Of a DNA stretch of 64,000 nt, positions 1 to 11,408 are shown piece after piece. Source of the stretch: Camelus ferus (Eukaryota). The stretch is taken from positions 16,926,001 to 16,990,000 of the forward strand of contig NC_045728.1 of the NCBI RefSeq assembly GCF_009834535.1, given 5' to 3'. Within the stretch, counting starts at the first letter, position 1. Each line of letters starts with the position of its first letter. The position numbers were made by a program, and so were the translations under genes. Below the pieces are notes generated by a model. That model did no database searches, was not told where the DNA came from, and saw only the letters and a program-made list of their open reading frames with translations.

Positions 1-133
1 GTTTTAGTTATTTTATAAATGACCTATAAAAATAAGAATAAAATGATAGTGAAAGAAAAATTTCATTCAAAATTTTAATAATAATTTAAATGTAGCAACA
101 TCAAACCTTTATTTCATATTCTCCTGGCTTTGA

Positions 134-181
134 ATATGTGTACACACACACACACACGCGCGCGCGCGCGCGCACACACAC
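134..181. repeat. Compound (CA)n(CG)8(CA)n microsatellite
   Basis: Unbroken purine-pyrimidine alternation; (CG)8 at 157-172. Confidence 0.95.
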
Positions 182-658
182 CTAAAATGGACACCTCTGA
201 AGTCAGCTAATTGTTCACCTGACACGCATCAGCCTGGAATATATCCATCTTGAAAATCCTGACTCTGGACTTCAGACATAGCTCTAATAGGTTCAAGCTT
301 ACTACTTCTGGTTCTTCTTACATTTGTATCATCAAAATGCAAAATTTGAAGAATTTTTTGAAACCTTAAATGGTTCATAATTTTGTTGAAGACAGCTATC
401 TTATTTGCTATGTAATTTAAATATCAGATTTATAAACATCAAAGAAAGTGATAAAGCCATTGAATTTTTTATTTCTTTATTATTGATATCCTTCTAGTAA
501 CTTTTGCATACGAACCTGCCTTCAGCAGTTGTCCACTCATGAACTATATATCAAATTAAATTTGGCACACAGACATCATAAAAGATGAAGGAATGTAGTC
601 ATATGCCCTTTTAGCCTAAAAGGATAGTCTGTGTTCTTGTTGCAAAATATTGCATGAT

Positions 659-785
659 GGGGGAGGGTAGTTCAAGTGGTAGAGCGCATGCTTAGTATGC
701 ACAAGGTCCTGGGTTCAATCCCCAGTACCTCCTCTAAAAATAAATAAACCTAATTACCTACCCCACCCCCATCACACCCCCTCAC
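659..785 (+). mobile_element. tRNA-derived SINE (camelid Vic-1-like)
   Basis: A box (tagttcaagtgg), B box (ggttcaatccc), aaataaacctaattacc tail; TSD-like aaatattgcatgatg / aaatgttgcataatg. Confidence 0.85.
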
Positions 786-804
786 AAATGTTGCATAATG
801 AAGT

Positions 805-1259
805 TGAAGGGAAGGAAAAGTTTTCCTTCTACCCTTCTATTTTTGGTTGGCCTAATAATCCACTTGACATAAGATAGATTTATAAGAGAAAAACCAATTT
901 CATTTTATTTGTACTGGAGCCCCGTAAAAATAGGAGACCTAAAGGCAAGTTGGGCAGTTGAGACTTCTATGCCATCCTGAGCTAAGGAATAGGATGGAGG
1001 CCTGGGGCTTTAGAGGGGCGGAGGGTCATTCGCAGGACAGTAAGAAGAGCAGATATTTGTCCTGCCACACAGATACTCAGATAAAAAAGTTATCTCTGAT
1101 AATACCTCTCTTTCTGAGCCACGGTCCCTGTATAAATTCTTTTAGGGAGTTAAAGGGGAGGACAAAGTTCTTCCTAAGTCTTTTGGGCCGTATCTTCAGC
1201 TCAGAATAACCCACATAGCAAAGCTGCACATTTTAGGGAGGCTCACCCTGGACCTTTCC
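805..1259. mobile_element. Probable solo LTR (ERV1/MER4-like)
   Basis: TGAAGGG start, ...GGACCTTTC end, about 455 bp, resembles remembered ERV1 LTR termini; TSD unclear. Confidence 0.5.
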
Positions 1260-2710
1260 TGTTAAATGACTAACTGAATGAGAACCCCTTCTTTCCTTTT
1301 TTGTTCTTAGAAATATAATGTTCTCTCATCATTTCTTGAGTGAGAAAATTCATCTAGTATATTGTCATCTAAAGACTCATAGTCTGAAATTTTGCTCGTA
1401 TGATAAAGTTTACCATCATCATTAGAATCTTGAATGCTACTATTTGTCTCTTAACATTCATCTTCTGATTTGTCTAGTGATTGTGAAATCTCGTTCTCTG
1501 TCAATTTTCTTCTCATTGGCATTATGGAAAGAAGCTATGTTCAGTGAAAGCTAAATGCAGATGAGAAAGATAGTGTCTCAAGTCTTTTGTACCTTATTGA
1601 AAGATAATGTATACTTTGAACAGTGCAATGAGAAAAATGAAAGTTAATGCAATAGTGATTAATTATATCACTTTTGCATCCTTTTTGGTGGTTTCATTAT
1701 TCTTTTTCCTATCATGTCTTTTTTTTTTAAGTATAGTTGTAAATAATCCAAGAAGTAGAAAAAAATAAGACTGCTAAGATCCTTATAAAATTGCTTAAAT
1801 TTATAAAAAGTTGCAATGGATCCATAGGGTCCTTCAAGGTAGAATGAGTTTTATTCTATTTTTGAAAATACGCATAATTTCCCTTTGTTCTTTGCAAGAC
1901 TCTAAAAGAATAAAATTATGAAATAACAATCCTCCCAAAGAGTAAGGAATTGTTCCAAAAAGAAAGTGAAAAAGTAAAATTAGGCTCTAATGGACCTAAT
2001 GTTACACCAAGGACTGAGTTGACCAGAGATACATGCTGAGGGTACTAGTAGAGGTTTTGTGGTGGAGTTGGCTGGAGTGGCCATGACGCCTAATTCGGCT
2101 TAGCCCTCTCTTCGCTGCACTGAAGCCTGCAGGAGTTCGCTCTGGCTTACAGCTTTCTGTCCTGACCTTCCCCGTATCTGTGCAGCCTGAACAGAAAGAA
2201 TAAATTAACTTCTTTTTGACTGAGGTAGGTGCTTCCTCCTCCTGTTCATTTTGTTTGCAGGGGCCCTGCTTTATCTTGTGTGTCTCTCTTCTAAGCCTCT
2301 TTTCTCTTATCGAAGCCCTTGAGCCGTTAACTGTTGAAGTGAAGTGCATCTCTGTTGAGCACAGAGCTCTGCCAGCATCGCAGTTGGGAAGAATCTCTGA
2401 GAGGTGTGTATGCCAAGCACGATAGCATTGTGTGCAGGCAGCGGAGGAGCCTGCCAAGCCCAGGGGTAGGCTGCCAGTTCAAATGCCACGTTGACATGAC
2501 ATTTACAAGTTGAGAGTCTGGAAGAGGACTGGCAGTGAGTGCAACACCCTTCAGCTACCTCATTTAGGTTGGCAGTAGCTGGGCCAACGTTTGATTTTTA
2601 GACTCAGAAATCATAGTCAAGAAGCAATACTTCGTGTAGAATTTTAAAACGATCACTGCCACTTTTTCTAGAAAGTGATGAATCCTGTTCCTGGAATGCA
2701 GGATAAACCA

Positions 2711-2910
2711 AAGAATATGGACTCAAATCTGGATTTGAATAAGGGCTCTATCATTTACTGTGTGACCCTGATCAAGTTACTTAATCTGCTAAAGTCCCAT
2801 CTATAAAATAGGGGTAATACTACTTTCCTCCTAAGGATTAAATCCTATCTTTAACAGTATTAGCAGTTAATACTAGTGCCTTTTAAATACTAAGTATGCA
2901 ATAAATGTGA
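2711..2910 (+). mobile_element. MIR SINE
   Basis: MIR core: tgtgtgaccctgatcaagttacttaa...catctataaaataggggtaata. Confidence 0.75.
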
Positions 2911-3482
2911 GATGTTTTTCACATTCTTTAGAAACTCAGGAGGAATTCAAGTTTTTAGCTGTTCCTGTCTATATTTTAGCAAAGAGTAAAAAGACTCTCT
3001 TTGACTTAAGAATTGCTGGAACACTGTGCGCGGCAAGCCCAGCACGTGGTTTTCTTTACCTCTTTAGGAAAACTTAGAGCTGGAATCAGGATCATTTGAG
3101 CATTTCGCACCTCTACACTTTCTTAGCTACAGAAACCCTTTGGGTGTTAAGGATTTGTTTTAGTAATAGCAGTCCTTTGATTGACTTGGTACATTTCTGT
3201 GCAAATTCTAATGTGAAGTGCAGACCTATAGCTGTTCTGGAGGATATCCTGTGACTTACTAGACTGTCAATTTGGTGCAGGTAAGAAGGTGCCTGATCTT
3301 GATTAATTAAGTCTTTTATCAAGATCTGGTAGCTAAATAACAGACTTTTCTGTGCTGCTTATATAAAATATAATCCTCACCATAGCACTTGGTTTATTTC
3401 CTTTAATCATTTTCAATACCATTAGTAAATTTTCTCAAATGACAAAATTCTGTCTTTTTTTTCCCCCCCTCTTGTTTTCCAG

Positions 3483-3606
3483 ATCTTCAAAGCTGTTGCG
3501 GGCATTCTATGTTCCCTTCCTGTCAGATCAGTATACAGTGTATGCAAACTACACCATCCTCAAACCCCGGAAAGCAAAGCAAATCAGGAAGAAAAGTGGA
3601 GGTTAG
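3483..3606 (+). CDS. ALG9: ALG9 alpha-1,2-mannosyltransferase, terminal coding exon (upstream exons are outside the window)
   Basis: Polypyrimidine tract and AG at 3481-3482; the exon reads (R)SSKLLRAFYVPFLSDQYTVYANYTILKPRKAKQIRKKSGG* (TAG 3604-3606), matching the remembered ALG9 C-terminus; synteny with PPP2R1B and SIK2. Confidence 0.95.
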
Positions 3607-3697
3607 CAACAAGCCTGTGGCCCCAAAGGACAACCGTCCTGTTAACTGGTGATTCCACTGGCAGGACTCCCTCCAAGCCATCGCTTGTAACATTTGT

Positions 3698-3703
3698 AAT
3701 AAA
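3698..3703 (+). terminator. Candidate proximal ALG9 poly(A) signal
   Basis: AATAAA about 90 nt after the stop codon; usage not demonstrable from sequence. Confidence 0.45.
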
Positions 3704-4659
3704 GGCCGTCTGACACGAATGCTGGAATCTGGGTGCTTTGGGCTAGTTGAAGTCAGTCACATTCATTTCTTGCCTGTGTGTCTGTTCTGCATGTAAACTT
3801 TGTGCAGCGAGGTGGAGAAAGGCCCCGAAGTTGGGGTGGATATATTGCTCCACATCTCATTCTTTCTCTTCTGTTCAATTATTTACTAGACCGGAGAAGA
3901 GCAGAGCCAGCTTCTAGGAAGAACTGAAAATCCCGGGACTGGATGGCTGGGTTGAGTAGTTCTCCGCACTCCGGCCTGGCACCCGGGAGCTAGCCTCCCT
4001 GGGGCCGTGCGAGCTTCTCCACCAAAGCTCTCTGGCAGCTCCTAGCAGACTTTCTTGTTCAAATCCTAGTGCTGACAAGGAGCACAGCCTAGTTGCCAAC
4101 CTACATGTCCTTCTCACCTCCAGCAAGACAGCTTTTGTAAAGCACTTCACAGGACTAGGACCCTGTCCTGGAGACATCTCAGGAAAAAGGCAACCATTTG
4201 AGGAACTGTGACTTAATTTCATTATATAAGATGCCTCTTATTTTCATTTTATTTCCCCTACAACAAACTGTAACTATATGGTGGGGTTTTTTTTTTTTTT
4301 ACATTTTAGCATGCTATTTTTTTTAATTCAATACTTCCCTGTATAAAGGTATCAACAGATCAGACCATAACTGTACAGGACATATTTGGAGAAAATTAAT
4401 TCTATTGATTGGTAGATTTGGGTGACATCACATTTTTAAGTAATTTATTCTGAGGAAATTAAGAATCTCCCTTTTTTTTTTTTTTTAAACAACCCTAGGG
4501 AAAAAGACCGGTGTGTATTTATAGCAGCTATTTTGAGTCTCTCTATTGCAAAGCACATCCTGCATGGGGCACCTCTAGTCAAACAGGCAACAATAAGGAC
4601 CTGATTAAAACATAGTAAGTCTGTGCTTTACTTTGCCTTTACGTACAGTATTTCCTAGT

Positions 4660-4850
4660 TTACAAAGCACTTTCACATCGTCTCATTTGATCCTCACAGT
4701 CAGGACGTGAGGTAGATAAGGCAAGTGGTTTTATCCCCATCTTACAGATGAAGAAACTGAGACTAGGGGGCAGGGAGAGGAAAAGTGACTTGCCTGGGGC
4801 CACACAGCCGGTGAGTGGCGGCGCTAATACTGGAAGCCAGTTTGCCTCAC
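4660..4850 (-). mobile_element. MIR SINE (in the ALG9 3'UTR if the distal PAS is used)
   Basis: atccccatcttacagatgaagaaactgagact...gtgacttgcc, the MIR core in reverse. Confidence 0.8.
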
Positions 4851-6953
4851 TTCCCATCTAGTCTCCTCCACACTTCCTCACTCGACTCAAAGCATTACTT
4901 GAAGGAATGATAAGGCTGGCCAGAGACCTGACGCATAATGTAACTTTCTATTTTAAGGAAGAATTTTATCTGTGTTTCTTCGAGTTCCTTGGAGCCTCCA
5001 GTCTGCCTGTTGGTTGGAGCATCACAGCGGTTCTCTCCTGGATGCAGCCTGGCCTGTGGCAGGAAAGCAGTGCTCGTGTTTGGAAGTCATGCTTTTTGCA
5101 GCCACACGGGCTCCAGTATCAGTTGCATTCCTGCATTCAGTCTGGGGTCACCCTGCAGTGCCTTATTTCCCTAATGGTAATTGTGTCTTGTATCTGCAAA
5201 TAGGATGAATCTGGTTTTCAGATCTTCCATCTTTCATTTTTCAGAGAGAAGGGATTTTCAATAGGAATTGATCTCAAGAGAGGGGAAAAGAAGTGATAAG
5301 GGGAGAAATGGCTACTTAACCGTATACAGTCTCCCCTTGGGGGTCCCCTCTAAAGGAATCCCTGGGATGGGGTGGAAGCACTGGTGAGGCAACAGGCCTA
5401 GATGGTGTAGAATGATGGTAACAGGAGAGTGAAGATAAACTGGGGTCCCACTTGCTGCTCTAAAGATCTCTGGCATTTAATTTTCAGTGCTTGATTACTG
5501 TTTTCCAAGGCAGATATTTCCAAGGCACATGTGGTCTGACTACAGGATGGAGAATTTTCAGTGACATACCTTTCCATACCTGTAGTAATGGTACACCGTC
5601 CTTCACAGTGGCTAAAGCTCTCCACAGTTTGCAATAGTAAATAAGAGAGTACCGTCATGCCAGGTCCATGATGAGTGGCTTTTTTCTAATCAAAATGGTA
5701 CAGTGCTGATCCATTTTATCATCTTGCATGTTACAAAAAGAAAAAAAAAAGGTCGTGATTGAGCCAGGGTTTCCTTGGGAGTATCTGTTTCTGTCTCTTT
5801 TAAAACCTGGTTTTGGTTTTTCTCTGTTCTATGTGTATCTTTAGTGAGAGCACAATTAATTGCAAAGCACTGTGCCAAATTCTATAGGTAAGGGATATAA
5901 AAATGAATGGTTTTTTTGTTGTGAAGATCTTTTTCCTGTGATATATAAATGCATTTTAAAAAAATCTCCATCTCAGCAACACGGGGAGATTAGCTTTGCC
6001 TGGGAAAAGAGTTTCAAAACACCTGGTCAGTGTAGCATCTCTCCTCCAAACAACCAGTGTTCAGCATGAGCTGACTGCTCTGTTCACTGTGAGGATAAAG
6101 TATCTGAGGTACTTTTTTCTCTATAGATTGTTGACGTCAAGGAATGAAGGGCTACAGATTATTGGTAAAAAACCTTTGATTATGGCGCTGAGGGAGGGAG
6201 CCGGGTGTATTGGCAATTCCAGGGCACCCTAATCTCCAGATCTTAAGCAGCCTTGTCTGAACCCCAGATCTTATGACACTGAGTCCATTACCGAACCAGC
6301 CTGTGTAGTCGCATCTTATCAGAGTTCACCTGTCACCCAGCAGGTGTCATCTGGTAAGAAAGACCAGTTATTTTAATCTCTCGCGATAATAACAGAAAGC
6401 TGAAGCCCATGCTCTTCATTGCTGAGTTCAAGTTTAGAAACCGATTGTTTTTCAGTCCAGGTGGTTTTTGACCCCAGCCATTTATTTGACTCATATTTTT
6501 TTTCTAGTTTAGAGTTCTGGGAAAGACCCTTGAAAACCCCATGTGATTCTGCGTAACTGGATCGGCCATTTGGGCAAAGGACAAATGGAAAGCCTTTATT
6601 GTGTTTTGCATTTCATGGAACTTACTGAAATAAGAATTCACTGTGATTGTGCCGTCTTCTGGCCAGCGTCAGGCAGCTGTGCTGTAAATTTGGTTAATTT
6701 TATTTTCTCTGAAGAGAGAAAAGAGGCACAATTTAATCTTTGCCTCCACAAGCATATTAAAGCTCATGTGTTAATTCATTCTTACTCTCCTACATCAAAT
6801 GCCTTGGGTAGATGCAGAAATGGACATGTGCTCAGCTTTATTATTATTTTTGTGTGTGCAACAGAAAGACCTGACTTCCATGGGGCATTGTTGGATTTCA
6901 GAGGCTCTCTGGCGTTTTGGTAAATCTAAATGAATGTTGCCTTTAACTTTTCC

Positions 6954-7040
6954 AATATAATATAATATAATATAATATAATATAATATAATATAATATAA
7001 TATAATATAATATAATATATATATGTATATATATACACAT
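6954..7040. repeat. (TATAA)12 pentanucleotide repeat with a TA-rich tail
   Basis: Perfect units at 6956-7015. Confidence 0.95.
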
Positions 7041-7195
7041 AAAACCATGTGATTCATGCTGCAAGTGAAATCAGGAAGCAGTAAGGTGTTGAAGCGAGAG
7101 TATCGTCCAGTTCATTTGTCTTCCTGATCCTTGTACTTTATTTCACATGTCAGTGTTTACATTGCATATTGTATTTTCTGTGAAAGAAAAAGTTA

Positions 7196-7201
7196 AATAA
7201 A
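7196..7201 (+). terminator. Candidate distal ALG9 poly(A) signal (about 3.6 kb 3'UTR)
   Basis: AATAAA followed by a GT/T-rich tract (ttggctgtttgattttccttttcc) at the end of an AT-rich UTR-like block. Confidence 0.5.
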
Positions 7202-9259
7202 TCTTGGCTGTTTGATTTTCCTTTTCCTAAGATGGTATTTTTCTCTTTTGCTTTTAGCTTTTAGATCTTTGATGGAGATTGAAACCTGAAGGAGCTGAAC
7301 TCCTTCCATCTCCCCCACTTCCACCCTTCAGTGGCTTTCTATAGACCAAATAGCCTAGAATGTTCTTTCTGAAAACTCTGGGAAAAAGCTGTTGGAAAAC
7401 CCAGTGAAGGTTAGTTTTATTTTGTGGAAAAACCAAGCATAGTGGGAATTACTCAGTGTGTCAATGTTGTCCCTAAAAGAGACAGTTTCTGGATCCATGT
7501 TATGTTTTTGAATTAAGAGTCTCTGGACTTTGAGAGTCTTAATATTCATAGAAATGTGGATCCACTGATATATAACACTTTTAGGTAATTTACCACTTTG
7601 GGTCAGGGGTTGTCAGGAGAAATAAAAACTTTTTTTGTGAATGAATTTCTAACATCATTCCTATTCTATACCTTGTAACTTACAGCCAATAATGTCTAGT
7701 AGCCATCTGGTTTTATACCACTGGTTACCAGTTTTCTTTCCACAGGACCCAAAATGCCCATGAAACTTGACTTATTTCTCCCAAGTTGTTTTAGAGAAGG
7801 ATACTTTATTCATATAATTCCAGGATGGGGAAGTCCACAGCCTTAGTGATTTTCTTTTCCCTGCCTAGCAGATCATCCTTCTCTCCACTTGTTACTCTTA
7901 CTTTTAGGGCCATCTTGAGTCTCCCTCTCTTCTATGAAGCCTTTCCAGACTTTAGACCCCTGTGATTACTTCCTTTCCTGAACCCTCTGGAGTTCCTCAT
8001 GCCTTTACTAATGGCATAGAGCCTTAGCATGTAGCCCTTGTAAACCTGTCTCTCAGGAATATTGTTGGCATGTCTAGAGGCAAAGACCATATCACACTTC
8101 TATGTATTCCCTGTACTCAACACAGTTCCCTGAACATTTTGGTACTGTACATATTTATTGACAATGAAGAAAGAAAGGTACAAAGAAACTTGCAGCTAAT
8201 AGGTAACTCCTGCTTTCAGTTCGGTAGATTTCTAGAATATATGGCATGTCTGAAGCCCTATGGTACTCAAAGGCAATTTGGAAGATGTGAGTTAGACTCA
8301 ATACTGTGTATATTTTAGGAATTCTGAAGGACACATGCTTTCACACAAAGGCAGATTCTTCAGCATACCTTCTAAAAAGACAAGCTGGGTGCCTTTATAG
8401 AATATTTCTATTATTACTTGATTTTGGGGAGTCAGACAGCCCTGGAGACCTTCTGAGTGAGTCAGGGGCAGGACCTCCAGGTTTGAGGAGGTGCTACATT
8501 CCTCCTAGCTCCATGCCCTGCCAGGAGAAGAGATCTAACTGCACAATGACTTCGTGGTGATACATTCAGTTTCAATAATATCAAGTAGCAAGTGATTCTT
8601 TAAAACTGGAAGCTATTTTGGCTCTCTTCAGCTGTGGAGTTCAACATAGACCTGACATTGAAACAAATTAAAACCAACAGATTTGATAAATGAAATGAGG
8701 GGAATTCAGATAAGAACTATGAGAATTCAGAATTGTAATGATATGGGCAGACTGGGAACTCCTGTTGTAGCTCCTTGTGATTAAATTAACAAACAGATTA
8801 AATAGCACTTTACCTGAGTATGAGCATTTTTAGAAAATTTTATGCAAATCTTAAGGTATCTTCATAAAATACCTCAAGGTGGAGGGGGTTTTTTGTTTGT
8901 TCATTTTTGCTCCTAATTTCTGGGCTGCTTGTTCTGTCATTACATGTCTGGAGATAGAAGTATAAACCAAGTGACTCTTGCTGATCTTAACAGCCAAAAG
9001 ACTGTGTGAGATAAAACTAACTTCTTCTGACAAGGGTTTCTTGCAGACCTATAACCGTGGATTCCATCCATTACCTGCCTTAGGTGGGTTCTCTTTGACC
9101 TCGGTTTGCCTGCAGAATCAGTTTTTGGCAATTTGTACTTTGCCATTTTTAACTCTTGAATCCCAGGTTGCCGAATGAGAAGAGTGTGGTTTTTAGTCTG
9201 TTTGATGGCTGTTTCAGCAGGATTATAACTCAGTGCTGGAGAAGATGGGACCCACAGAG

Positions 9260-11408
9260 CAGTGACTCTTAATCAGAGCTGCACGAGAGAATTATTTGGG
9301 GATCCTTTAAAAATTGTCACTATCCAAGGTGTATTCAAAGTCCTGAGTGCAAGAACCTACAACCTAGGATACTCTACCCAGCAAGATGATCATTTAGAAT
9401 AGAAGGAGAGAGAAAGAATTTCTCAGACAAGCAAAAGCTAAAAGAATACAGCAACACTATACTTACCGTAAAAGAAATATTGAAAGGTCTTCTCTAAACA
9501 GAAAAGAAGCAAGAATCTATAAAAAAGAGAAAATCACAACTGGAAATCTGATGAACAGCAAAAGAATAAACATGAAGATATGAAAGAGGACATCAAAATC
9601 ATAAAATGTGGGGGAGATGAGTAAGAAAATGTAGATTTTTTTTTTAAAGAATGTATTTAAGCTTACATGATGACCAGTCTAAAGCACGTAGAGTAATGGG
9701 TTAATATACTTGAAAAAAAGGGTAACCACAAATCAAAAACATACAGCTGAGCTAGAAAAACCAAAAAGAAGAGAACTCAGACATAATACAAAAGAAAATC
9801 ATCAAACCACGAAAGGAAAAACAATAATAAGAAGAAAAGAACAAAGAAGAAATACAAAATCAACTGGAAAGCAAAGTTTAAAATGGCAATAAATACATAT
9901 CTATATCAACAATTACCTTAAATGTCAATGGATTAAATGCTCTAATCAAAAGACAGAGTGGCAGATTGGATAATAAAACAAAAGCCTACAATATGCTGCC
10001 TGCAAGAGGCTCATTTTAGGGTGAAGGACACACACTGATTGAAAGTAAGGAGATGGAAAAAGATAGTTCATGAAAATGGAAATGACAAGAAAACGGGGGG
10101 AGCAACACTCAGGGAAAATAGACTTAAAGGTCATGAAGAAAGATAAAGAAGGACACTACATTATGATAAAAGGAGCAATAAAAGAAGAGGACATTACACT
10201 TAACATATATGCCCTCAATATAGGCACACCTAAATACATAAAACTAATACTAACAGACATTAAGGGAGAAATTGATGGAAATACAATAATGGTAAGAGAC
10301 TTAAACACCCCACTGACATCAATGGACAGATCTTCCAGACAGAAGATCAGTAAGTCAACAGAGATCCTAAAGGACACAACAAAACAGTTAGACTTAATTG
10401 ATATCTTCAGGACATTACATCCAAAAAAACCAGAATATACATTCTTCTCAAGTGCACATGGAACATTCTCTAGGACAGACCACATACTCGGGCACAAAGG
10501 AAGCCTCAACAAATTTAAGAGGTTAGAAATTATTTCAAGCATCTTCTTGGACCACAATGGCATGAAACTAGAAATCAACCACAGAAAGAGAAATGTGAAA
10601 AAAAAAAAAATGATGGCATGGAGACTAAACAACATGCTACTAAATGGTGAAATCAAAGAGGAAATTTAAAAATACCTTGAGATAAATGACAGTGAAAACA
10701 CAATCACACAAAATCCATGGGGTGCAGCAAAAGCAGTCCTAAGAGGGAAGTTCATAGCGATACAGGCCTTCCTCCAAAAACAAGAACAATCTCAAATAAG
10801 CAGCCTAACCTACCACCTTAAAGAATTAGGAAAAGAAGAACACACAAAACCTAAAGTCAGCAGAAGGAAAGAAATAATAAAGAGCAGAGAGGAAATAAAT
10901 AAAATAGAGATTTAAAAAAACAATAGAAGAAAAAAAAATCAGTAAAACCAAGAGCTGTGTCTTTGAAAGAGCTGGAGAATCAAAACACCTCTGGCCAGGC
11001 CTACCAAGAAGGAAAGAGAAAGAACGTAAGTAAACAAAATAAGAAATGGAAGAGGAGAAATAGCAACCTACTCCACAGTTCTACAAACTGACGGTTACCA
11101 AAGGGGGGAAGTGCGAGGGGGATCAGTCAGGAGTTTGGGATTAGCAGGTACAAACTACTATATATAAAATAGATAGACAATGAAAAAGAAAATACGTACA
11201 TATATGAAAAACTGGATCATTATGCTGTACACCAGAAAATAATGCAACACTGTAAATCAACTAAGCTTCAGTTTGAAAAATTTGCCACTGTCCGCTTACC
11301 TCCCTTAGAAATTCTGAGTTAGTAGCCTGAGATGTGCCCAGTCATCATTATTTTGTAAAACACGCCTTAGGTGATTTCTCTGCCCACTGCTATTGATATT
11401 AGAGACTG
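9260..11408 (+). mobile_element. MER5A-like hAT-Charlie element split by the L1 insertion (halves about 9260-9325 and 11276-11408)
   Basis: The left half matches the MER5A 5' part (cagtgactcttaa...gagaatta...ttaaaaa); the right half continues it (agaaattctgagttagtagcctg...ttaggtgatttct). Confidence 0.6.
9326..11275 (+). mobile_element. 5'-truncated, internally deleted L1: ORF1 end, spacer, ORF2 endonuclease region, 3'UTR
   Basis: ORF1 remnant (ILYPAR...KGLL*, stop 9495-9497); ORF2 ATG 9883 (MAINTYL...NVNGLN); ORF 10070-10669 is the endonuclease domain (GDLNTPL, SRTDHILG, DHNGMKLEI), frameshifted; TSD aaaaattgtcactatcc / aaaaatttgccactgtcc. Confidence 0.93.

Noticed and set aside
659-785. tRNA-Ala-like sequence, also at 13781, 15385, 40517, 41121 and 43212
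   Set aside because: A and B boxes are present, but the acceptor stem is broken, and each copy has an A-rich tail and TSDs. These are SINEs, not tRNA genes.
2002-2457. 151-aa minus-strand ORF in the ALG9 intron
   Set aside because: No recognisable domain, promoter or splice structure; consistent with a chance ORF.
6240-6353. 114-nt AG...GTAAGA segment in the ALG9 3'UTR region
   Set aside because: Poor pyrimidine tract, a CTAAT too close to the AG to be a branch point, and an immediate stop in the ALG9 phase.
10070-10669. 199-aa ORF (and antisense ORF 10156-10656) as a host gene
   Set aside because: It is a frameshifted L1 ORF2 endonuclease fragment; the antisense ORF is the usual L1 shadow.
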